DNA of 32,357 nucleotides from a virus, in the IMG/VR virus record IMGVR_UViG_3300045988_039638; one strand, given 5' to 3'. Under the pieces are notes generated by a model. The model searched no databases. It was not told the DNA's origin and worked only from the letters and a program-made list of their open reading frames with translations. A program made the position numbers and the translations under genes. The number at the start of each line of letters is the position of its first letter. Position 1 is the first letter of the stretch. Shown here one piece after another: positions 1 to 5,328 of this stretch.

Positions 1-55
1 CATCGCTTTTATATCATAGTCAAGCCATAGTATGAATATTCTTAGACAAAAAGAA
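1..55. repeat. 55-bp terminal direct repeat, copy 1 (circular-contig overlap)
   Basis: nt 1-55 are identical to nt 32303-32357. This implies a closed circle or terminal redundancy, with 32302 bp of unique sequence. An exact 55-nt overlap is typical of a k=55 de Bruijn assembly of a circular molecule. Confidence 0.9.
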
Positions 56-183
56 AAAACCCTCCGATATTGTGAAGGGTTCTTTCTTTAAGAAATATGA
101 AAGGAGACAAACATTAATGAAAAAAACAAACAAAAACAAAATGTAAGTTGCTATACTAAGAAGTGCTTCTTTCTTCTTAGTAC
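48..183 (-). ncRNA. Candidate small RNA, unit 1 (promoter, 5' hairpin, CU-rich core, terminator)
   Basis: Minus-strand promoter TAGACA (218..213), 17-nt spacer, TGA-TAATAT (-10 at 195..190). A perfect 10-bp stem TACTAAGAAG/CTTCTTAGTA (154-163/173-182) sits at the predicted 5' end. The core contains UCUCCUUUC. The terminator stem is 58-65/74-81, followed on the minus strand by UUUUUUCUUUUU. One stem position is a G-U wobble in minus-sense RNA but a C-A mismatch in plus-sense RNA. Confidence 0.55.
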
Positions 184-408
184 GTATATATATTATCATA
201 CATTTCAGCATTTGTCTAGCGTTTTGCTACAATCTCAGTAAAAAAATGTCTCTAAAGGTTTGTTTGTTCTAGTTTGTTCATTAAAGATAGCAGTATATAG
301 CAATATTTAAGCAATACATCCAATCTAAGAGACTTTTATATATAATTGGTGTTATTCTTCATGTTTAGCGTTTTATCTCTCTATTGCCTTATTTTAAGCA
401 TTTAAGGT

Positions 409-520
409 AAAAGAAAAAAGAGACACAAATGAATGTATCTCTTCTTCCAATGAAATTCAATCTAAGAGAGGAAATCTAATGAATGAAATTACATAGTAGT
501 AAGCGTTACTTCTTACTACA
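409..520 (-). ncRNA. Candidate small RNA, unit 2
   Basis: Minus-strand promoter TTGACA (555..550), 17-nt spacer, TGA-TAATGT (-10 at 532..527). The 5' stem is GTAGTAAG/CTTACTAC (496-503/512-519). The core contains UUUCCUCUCUUAG. The terminator is a 9-bp stem AGAGAUACA/UGUGUCUCU (419-427/434-442) that includes a G-U possible only in minus sense, followed by UUUUUCUUUU. Confidence 0.6.
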
Positions 521-578
521 TGTCTAACATTATCACTAAATAGGCATATTGTCAATACTTTTGTTAGTTCATCAGTAT

Positions 579-675
579 AAAAAAGAAAGATGCATCTTTT
601 GATACACCCTTCTAAAAATATGGAGATAGATTATGAAATGAATTGAAATAGTAGTAAGTCTGCTCTTCTTACTAC
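579..675 (-). ncRNA. Candidate small RNA, unit 3
   Basis: Minus-strand promoter TTGACT (710..705), 17-nt spacer, TGA-TAATAT (-10 at 687..682). The 5' stem GTAGTAAG/CTTACTAC (651-658/668-675) is identical to that of unit 2. The core is CAUAAUCUAUCUCC. The terminator is a weak palindromic hairpin AAAGATGCATCTTT (586-599) followed by CUUUUUU. Confidence 0.5.
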
Positions 676-790
676 ATCTATATATTATCACTATTTATAT
701 TTAAAGTCAAGACTTTTTTTATTTTCTCTGTATAATTCTTTTACTGCACTATATATTACATCTCTATATATTAGATATAATATATATATA

Positions 791-854
791 CTTCTTTATT
801 TTATTTCTTATTCTTTCTTTGGTTCTTTCTTTCTTCTTCTTTATTTTATTTCTT
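791..854. repeat. Polypyrimidine/polypurine tract bounded by a 19-bp perfect direct repeat
   Basis: cttctttattttatttctt occurs at 791-809 and again at 836-854. The interval between them is almost entirely C/T on the plus strand. Immediately upstream, CTATATATTA occurs three times (678-687, 749-758, 764-773). Confidence 0.85.
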
Positions 855-929
855 CGTGATTGATTAGTTTAACTATTTAAGTGAATAACTAAATCTTCAA
901 ACAGTTCAGAGACAAGAGGAGAAATAGAA

Positions 930-971
930 GGAATGATATTCCCTTAGCGCTAACTAAAAAAATATCATCCC
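930..971. repeat. Nested palindrome (potential cruciform or RNA hairpin)
   Basis: GGAATGATATT (930-940) pairs with AATATCATCCC (961-971) with one mismatch. These arms enclose the perfect palindrome TTAGCGCTAA (944-953). Confidence 0.8.
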
Positions 972-1391
972 TTTAGAATAACAGTTCGTCAACTGTCGGA
1001 GTTTCTAAAGGTTGAGCATGATTGCTACTATTTCAAGTAACACGTGCGCTATTCTCACTTAGAGAAGTGTCTTTTCCGTCCAACACATCAAGCACGATTC
1101 CTCATCGGAAATCCTCCCAAACTCTTTATTTTATTGTGGTTTGTGTTTGTATAAAAACCACTCAAGTACTTATGCTTCGCTCACAGCATAAGTGCTGTAG
1201 ATTTATTGCGTCGGCTCTACACACCTACCTGTATTATTTTATAACGTGTCTAAAAGGTGCATATTCACACGCTTAGATTAAATATCTAAGATAGCCATGT
1301 AAGACTATTCATTTGGAGTAACTTTTGTTAACTCGCTATTCAATTGTCAAAGTCATTATACATCATTGGTTGGAGTATTGCAAGCATTAAT

Positions 1392-1421
1392 TTATTATCA
1401 GATGTAAACAGGAGTAGTCAA
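1392..1421 (-). promoter_or_regulatory. Fourth promoter of the small-RNA promoter family, facing the ORF-free segment
   Basis: Minus strand: TTGACT (1421..1416), 18-nt spacer, TGA-TAATAA (1397..1392). It has the same TGATAATA -10 context as units 1-3. No ORF lies downstream. Confidence 0.4.
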
Positions 1422-1603
1422 AGCGTGTATATATGCCTATAAGCCATATACCGCAAATATAAGCGTTGTTTATATTGAATGGGTGCAGTTTATCATATTT
1501 ATAAGAAAGTCGCTCATATGCTTAAATATTTGGCTTTTTATCAAGATGGCAAATATTGACTGTTAGTGGTTAAAAAATAACATCATAAATTTTCATTATA
1601 TGC

Positions 1604-1631
1604 TTGACATAGGAACATTATCGAATATAAT
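1604..1631 (+). promoter_or_regulatory. Plus-strand promoter module P1
   Basis: TTGACA (1604-1609), 16-nt spacer, TATAAT (1626-1631). It is followed by the shared initial transcribed sequence TATAAGTGTAATAAGAAAG and the leader GGGTGACACCCTAGGAGG. Confidence 0.75.
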
Positions 1632-1674
1632 TATAAGTGTAATAAGAAAGGGTGACACCCTAGGAGGAAAGATT

Positions 1675-1788
1675 ATGGATAACGAAGAACTATTACATAC
1701 TATGACTTTTAATGAAGTAAATGAAATCAGAAAAGGATTACAAGACAAGTTGGAAATGGCTTTATTAAAAAAACAACTTGGGAATTAG
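1675..1788 (+). CDS. Small hypothetical protein (37 aa), probably the 5' part of a frame-split gene
   Basis: ATG at 1675 lies 7 nt after TAGGAGG (1661-1667), in the same frame as track ORF 1600..1788. The ORF ends at TAG 1786-1788, just after an A7 run (1767-1773). Confidence 0.6.
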   Translation: MDNEELLHTMTFNEVNEIRKGLQDKLEMALLKKQLGN

Positions 1789-1984
1789 AATCGCTAAGGT
1801 CGAATACACAGACGAAAGACTATGGATTAATCAGAGATATCCTGTTGAATTTAAATTGAAAATAATGAGCATTGTTTGGTTAGATACGTGTGCTATTAGA
1901 AGACTTACGAACGTACTAAACGAAATGAGAGCAGAACTTGAAAACGTAAATAACGAATATAAAGGCTATACATTTATTTTCTAA
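1778..1984 (+). CDS. Hypothetical protein lacking its own RBS; the frame is open from 1769 and is +1 relative to 1675..1788
   Basis: This is track ORF 1778..1984 with a TTG start. No Shine-Dalgarno sequence precedes the TTG or any internal ATG. The reading frame opens inside the A7 run. A terminator follows directly. Confidence 0.5.
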   Translation: MGIRIAKVEYTDERLWINQRYPVEFKLKIMSIVWLDTCAIRRLTNVLNEMRAELENVNNEYKGYTFIF

Positions 1985-1986
1985 TC

Positions 1987-2017
1987 GGAGTGATAATTCA
2001 CTCCTTTTTATTTTTTT
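1987..2017 (+). terminator. Rho-independent terminator
   Basis: GGAGTG (1987-1992), loop ataatt, CACTCC (1999-2004), followed by TTTTTATTTTTTT. Confidence 0.8.
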
Positions 2018-2037
2018 AAATTATTTTAATGATATTA

Positions 2038-2065
2038 TTGACATATATGTAATACCGAGTATAAT
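2038..2065 (+). promoter_or_regulatory. Plus-strand promoter module P2
   Basis: TTGACA (2038-2043), 16-nt spacer, TATAAT (2060-2065). The 39-nt string ttgacatatatgtaataccgagtataattataagtgtaa is identical to the one in P3 at 2601-2639. The leader is GGGTAAACCCCTAAAGGAG. Confidence 0.8.
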
Positions 2066-2110
2066 TATAAGTGTAAAAGGAAAAGGGTAAACCCCTAAAG
2101 GAGATTAATT

Positions 2111-2317
2111 ATGAAAGCAAATAATTATTTTAAGAAGTATGGTGTTATTTATGGAGTATCAGAGAAGTTCAGTTTTGGAAGATTAACAGGCTATGCAAGA
2201 AAATTTGATAACATGGAAGAAGCCGAGAAGTGGCTACATACTGAAGAAGCAGACTTTAGAACAAGAAGCCTTGTTTCAAAAACATATGCTAAAAGATATG
2301 GATTAAGAGAAGACTAA
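2111..2317 (+). CDS. Hypothetical small protein (68 aa)
   Basis: Track ORF. The RBS AAAGGAG lies 8 nt upstream of the ATG, and the gene has its own promoter, P2. Confidence 0.75.
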   Translation: MKANNYFKKYGVIYGVSEKFSFGRLTGYARKFDNMEEAEKWLHTEEADFRTRSLVSKTYAKRYGLRED

Positions 2318-2324
2318 AAAAAGT

Positions 2325-2375
2325 TTCTACATATGCTATATGCCTATTGACAACATATATCATATGTAGAACAAT
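2325..2375 (+). promoter_or_regulatory. 11-bp perfect inverted repeat bracketing a TTGACA box upstream of the RHH-like gene
   Basis: TTCTACATATG (2325-2335) pairs with CATATGTAGAA (2361-2371). TTGACA is at 2347-2352, and only a weak -10 (AACAAT, 2370-2375) sits 17 nt downstream. Confidence 0.5.
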
Positions 2376-2402
2376 TAATATAGAAAATAGGAGGAATAAA
2401 AA

Positions 2403-2582
2403 ATGGTATCAGAAAGTCAGAAAAGAAGCGCTGAGAAATATCAGAAAGCAAATACAAAACTAATCAGCGTACGAGTAAATAAGAAGTTAGAACCCAAGTT
2501 ACTTGAATGGCTCGAAAGAAAGCCTTCAATGGGAGGTTATATGCTCGACTTGGTAAGAGCAGACATGGAAAGAAATAAATAA
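2403..2582 (+). CDS. 59-aa ribbon-helix-helix-like (Arc/CopG-type) DNA-binding protein candidate
   Basis: This ORF is not in the track because it is under 60 aa. The RBS is TAGGAGGAAT and the ATG is at 2403. The translation is MVSESQKRSAEKYQKANTKLISVRVNKKLEPKLLEWLERKPSMGGYMLDLVRADMERNK. It shows a short beta-strand (LISVRV) followed by two helices, which is the RHH layout. Confidence 0.55.
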   Translation: MVSESQKRSAEKYQKANTKLISVRVNKKLEPKLLEWLERKPSMGGYMLDLVRADMERNK

Positions 2583-2600
2583 AAAAATTAATGAATATGC

Positions 2601-2628
2601 TTGACATATATGTAATACCGAGTATAAT
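2601..2628 (+). promoter_or_regulatory. Plus-strand promoter module P3
   Basis: TTGACA (2601-2606), 16-nt spacer, TATAAT (2623-2628). It is identical to P2 over 39 nt. Confidence 0.8.
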
Positions 2629-2678
2629 TATAAGTGTAATAAGAAAGATAAAACAAAAGAAAAAGGAGATTGAAAGTT

Positions 2679-2973
2679 ATGAAAAAAGATTAGTTTTGCA
2701 AGCGTTTCAGAATTTAGTATTAATGAGGAATTAGATGTTGGTGTTTATAACATCTGTGGTGCTGATTACATAATTCTTGGTGGCGAATTTACTGCTAGTG
2801 GTGTAAGAAACTACCTTCGCCCTTTAGATAAGGTGAAAGAAAATTGGAAAGACTTAGAACATTATTCAAGAACTAGACGTGATGTTGAGTTCTACATGGA
2901 TAATAAATCAATGCTAAAATGTGAAAAAGTCATTAGAGATTTAAGACATGAAATTGAGCATCAAAAGTGGTAG
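2679..2973 (+). CDS. Frame-interrupted small gene (about 97 aa if a +1 shift occurs in the A6 run after the ATG)
   Basis: AAAGGAGATTGAAAGTT is followed by ATG (2679), then AAAAAA (2682-2687). The ATG frame stops after 4 codons (TAG 2691-2693). The +1 frame is open from 2683 to TAG 2971-2973 and reads KKISFASVSEFSINEELDVGVYNICGADYIILGGEF...HEIEHQKW. That frame has no start codon of its own near its 5' end. Confidence 0.55.
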
Positions 2974-2992
2974 GTGATATTAGATATAAAAT

Positions 2993-3026
2993 AAAAAAAA
3001 GGGGTTGGCAAAATACCAACCCTTTT
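2993..3026. terminator. Bidirectional rho-independent terminator between the convergent plus cassette and the lysis genes
   Basis: An A8 run, then GGGTTGG (3002-3008), loop caaaata, CCAACCC (3016-3022), then TTTT. Confidence 0.85.
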
Positions 3027-3033
3027 ATAATGC

Positions 3034-3930
3034 TTATTTTTTTGTACCTCGTAAAAGCCAATCCCAAGTGTTTCGACCTACAATTCCATCTTGCTTCAAG
3101 TTTCTATTCTTCTGAAATACTTTCACGGCTTTTTTAGTGCCACCACCAAAAATTCCGTCGGTTGACAAGTGGAATCCTACGCTATTAAGTCGTTCTTGAA
3201 TAAGTCTAGTAATGTTGCCTCTCGCTCCTTTTTTAACAGTTACACAAGCATCAAGCGTTCTTGGACCTCGTAAGCCGTCAACCGCAAGTCCTTTATGGAA
3301 CTGAACGTTCAATTCTTTTTGTAAACGTGCTACCCATTCATCATAGCCTTTTTTATGCGCTGTAGGCGCTGTTTCATGGTGTACAGGTGTATTAGTATTA
3401 GGAATCTGCGCTGTGCCACCGTTTAAACGGCTTTTAAAAGCATTCCATGTTTTATCATTTAAAAGGTCGTTACAATTAGGACATAACTTGCCGTTTACGT
3501 CATAATGCCTGATAACTCTATCAAGTGGAATATTGTATTTCTGCATTAAAAGTCTGCCTAGTGTGATAGCGTTCTTGAGCGTTGCTTCTGAGATTGAAAC
3601 AACACCGTTCTTTACTGTGTCACACATCTCAATACTAATAGAATTAGAGTTAGTACAGATTTTATATAGCGGATGATGTTTAGACTGACATTTGCCACCA
3701 ACTGAATAAGCCACATAATCATCATATACAGACTGTGTTACGCTGTCATCATCCACAAAATAATGAGCACTTGCCTTTACAATATTGTTATGAAAATAGT
3801 TAGCGTTGCTTTCATCATGGTCTCCATCGTTTGAGGTGTAATGATAAACTAAATATTTAATATTACCTGTATTTCTTTTTTTGCCATAGTTTGCTCTATT
3901 TGCAATATTTGTTTTAAAGATATATCCCAT
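3034..3930 (-). CDS. Endolysin: N-acetylmuramoyl-L-alanine amidase (Amidase_2/PGRP-type) with C-terminal PG_binding_1-like repeats
   Basis: 298 aa. The N-terminal pattern is YLVYHYTSNDGD...AHYFVDD...SIEMCD...RHYDVNGKLCP. The C-terminus carries two repeats, LAVDGLRGPRTLDA and LSTDGIFGGGTKKAVKVFQ...LKQDGIVGRNTW. It is the last gene of the late operon. Confidence 0.85.
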   Translation of the reverse strand: MGYIFKTNIANRANYGKKRNTGNIKYLVYHYTSNDGDHDESNANYFHNNIVKASAHYFVDDDSVTQSVYDDYVAYSVGGKCQSKHHPLYKICTNSNSISIEMCDTVKNGVVSISEATLKNAITLGRLLMQKYNIPLDRVIRHYDVNGKLCPNCNDLLNDKTWNAFKSRLNGGTAQIPNTNTPVHHETAPTAHKKGYDEWVARLQKELNVQFHKGLAVDGLRGPRTLDACVTVKKGARGNITRLIQERLNSVGFHLSTDGIFGGGTKKAVKVFQKNRNLKQDGIVGRNTWDWLLRGTKK

Positions 3931-3943
3931 ATAATAAAACCTC

Positions 3944-4159
3944 CTATCTTTCTAGATGTGAAATTCTCTTTTCGTGGTCGTCTAACTCTTTCGCATGTGC
4001 ATCTAATCTTGCATCCTGTCTTCTGTTGTCTGTGGCCATATATTCAAGAGCAGTTGTTAGTTTCGTAATGCTATTATTTAACTTTAGAACAGGTGTCATC
4101 ACTCCAATCAATGCACCAACACCGATAATTACGGTATATATTGCTTGTGCTTCAGTCAT
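3944..4159 (-). CDS. BhlA/UviB-like holin-type peptide (N-terminal TM helix plus charged coiled-coil tail)
   Basis: 71 aa. It has one hydrophobic helix (IYTVIIGVGALIGVMTPVL) followed by a charged tail. It lies between the holin and the endolysin. Confidence 0.5.
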   Translation of the reverse strand: MTEAQAIYTVIIGVGALIGVMTPVLKLNNSITKLTTALEYMATDNRRQDARLDAHAKELDDHEKRISHLER

Positions 4160-4429
4160 CTAAACACCTTCTTTTTCTTCGCCTTCAACGAATCTCGTAA
4201 AAGCCTGATGTAATCCTGTAGAAGCAAGTCCCATCAATGCACCATAAACAATCGAATTGACAGATACACCACTAACAATAGCGTTCAGCACTGCTCCAAC
4301 AACCGCTAGAATTGTTGGAATATACTTATTTGGCACTTTATCAAAAGATGTTTTAATAATGTATCCTACAACAAGACATGCGACCATGACGACCAAAACA
4401 AAATACTGTGTTAACTGAGAAAAATCCAT
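4160..4429 (-). CDS. Holin (phi LC3/SPP1-like class, multi-TM)
   Basis: 89 aa with 2-3 hydrophobic helices, an NKYIP motif and an acidic C-terminus. A strong RBS (AGGAGG) precedes it, and it lies upstream of the endolysin. Confidence 0.65.
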   Translation of the reverse strand: MDFSQLTQYFVLVVMVACLVVGYIIKTSFDKVPNKYIPTILAVVGAVLNAIVSGVSVNSIVYGALMGLASTGLHQAFTRFVEGEEKEGV

Positions 4430-4431
4430 AA

Positions 4432-4563
4432 TTATTTACCTCCTAAAAAGCCTTCTCGACCTCTTTTAATCAATTCCTGTTTAACTTTGTCACGAATACG
4501 TAAAGGCACATCATCAATAGTTTTTAAACCTTTTTCAATCAAATCAGCATAAATCTTATCCAT
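4432..4563 (-). CDS. 43-aa XkdX/CD1375-like small protein
   Basis: This ORF is not in the track. The translation is MDKIYADLIEKGLKTIDDVPLRIRDKVKQELIKRGREGFLGGK. The ATG at 4563 overlaps the stop of the upstream gene. Small proteins of this type typically sit between the fibre and holin genes in Firmicute phages. Confidence 0.5.
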   Translation of the reverse strand: MDKIYADLIEKGLKTIDDVPLRIRDKVKQELIKRGREGFLGGK

Positions 4564-4894
4564 TGTTATTCATCCCCTCGTAAATGTCACATAAAGCCAT
4601 CTGTAACTTAGTTACATTGCTTTCTGTTTCTGTAAGTCTTTCTTCAATTGTTGGTTCCTGTACAGGTTCAGTTTGCTCATATTTAGCCCATTCATAGTGT
4701 TCATAAATATGAGTATCGTCCTCTGTGTAAGTGGTTTTTACAATGTATGAGCCGTCTGCAACATTAGCATCATGTACTAACTCTTTATAGCCTAACTGCT
4801 TTAATACCTCATTATTATTGATGTATGTAGTGCCATCAATAACAACACTCTTAGGTGCTCTAGTTAGGATGTTGTCCTGTAATTTATATAGCAT
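4556..4894 (-). CDS. Hypothetical protein at the fibre/lysis junction (XkdW-like position)
   Basis: Track ORF of 112 aa with RBS AAAGAGGTGA. The function is assigned from position only. Confidence 0.6.
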   Translation of the reverse strand: MLYKLQDNILTRAPKSVVIDGTTYINNNEVLKQLGYKELVHDANVADGSYIVKTTYTEDDTHIYEHYEWAKYEQTEPVQEPTIEERLTETESNVTKLQMALCDIYEGMNNNG

Positions 4895-4908
4895 ATAATC
4901 ACCTCTTT

Positions 4909-5328
4909 TTATCTTGCTCTAATGAAAACCCTGTCTCCAACGTGAAACTTGGTTCCACTTTGATAAGTCAAACTTATTCCATTTGTTTTATCGTAATTAA
5001 ATTCTTGATTATTAACAATCGAAGAATAACCACGAAGATATGAAGTCGATGGAGATGGAGCAATAAAATGATTACTTACTTGCGAACCTGTCTCCCACAA
5101 GAAATTAGTAATTTTCTTTAGACTCAACATTCTGATTCCAATCCAAGAACCGTTAACTTGCGTGCTCACTCTAGGTTCGATAAAAATCGAACCTTTTCCG
5201 TTTGAAGAAAGGTATAAATTATCATTTGTATCTATTTTTGTTTTAATTAAAACATAAGCCTCGACTTCGTCATAATAAGCATCTTCGATAACTACTTTTA
5301 TCAGTATCTTCTGTAAATGTATTATCAT
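4909..5328 (-). CDS. Hypothetical tail-fibre-associated protein; possible N-terminal extension to ATG 5395 through a +1 shift
   Basis: Track ORF of 139 aa with a poor RBS. A 41-codon ORF starting at ATG 5395 (MDLIRERMLMSNREEMKEWVTLYDNTFTEDTDK...) overlaps it, and the two join in frame if one A of the A4 run (5299..5296) is skipped. Confidence 0.55.
   Translation of the reverse strand: MIIHLQKILIKVVIEDAYYDEVEAYVLIKTKIDTNDNLYLSSNGKGSIFIEPRVSTQVNGSWIGIRMLSLKKITNFLWETGSQVSNHFIAPSPSTSYLRGYSSIVNNQEFNYDKTNGISLTYQSGTKFHVGDRVFIRAR

Noticed and set aside
20-211. Track ORF of 63 aa on the minus strand.
   Set aside because: It has no RBS and a low-complexity hydrophobic/basic sequence. It spans the predicted promoter, 5' hairpin and terminator of sRNA unit 1, so it is most likely a chance ORF.
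568-575. A CUGAUGA hammerhead-core motif on the minus strand.
   Set aside because: There is no matching GAAA, stem II/III or cleavage-site context nearby. A single 7-mer hit is expected by chance.
96-650. Plus-strand mini-ORFs with Shine-Dalgarno-like sequences (MKKTNKNKM at 117-143, MNEIT at 479-496, MK at 633-641), considered as leader peptides.
   Set aside because: - No plus-strand promoter could be found upstream of any of them.
- The hairpins carry U-tracts and G-U pairs consistent with minus-strand transcription.
- The peptides are not conserved among the three units.
- The SD-like strings are better read as the complement of CU-rich sRNA cores.
1022-1276. Track ORF of 84 aa on the plus strand inside the ORF-free region.
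   Set aside because: It has a TTG start without an RBS and a Cys/Ser/Thr/Leu-rich, non-protein-like composition. The open frame is explained by the locally lower AT content.
1459-1473. Recurrence of TAAGCGTT(G) in non-coding DNA (501-508, 1461-1469, 19421-19429, 19435-19443), considered as a dispersed binding site.
   Set aside because: AAGCGTT also occurs inside coding regions (for example near 3250, 7735 and 28849). An 8-9-mer with four hits is not clearly above chance without statistics. Only the tandem pair in the 19.4-kb gap is noted, under the cos candidate.
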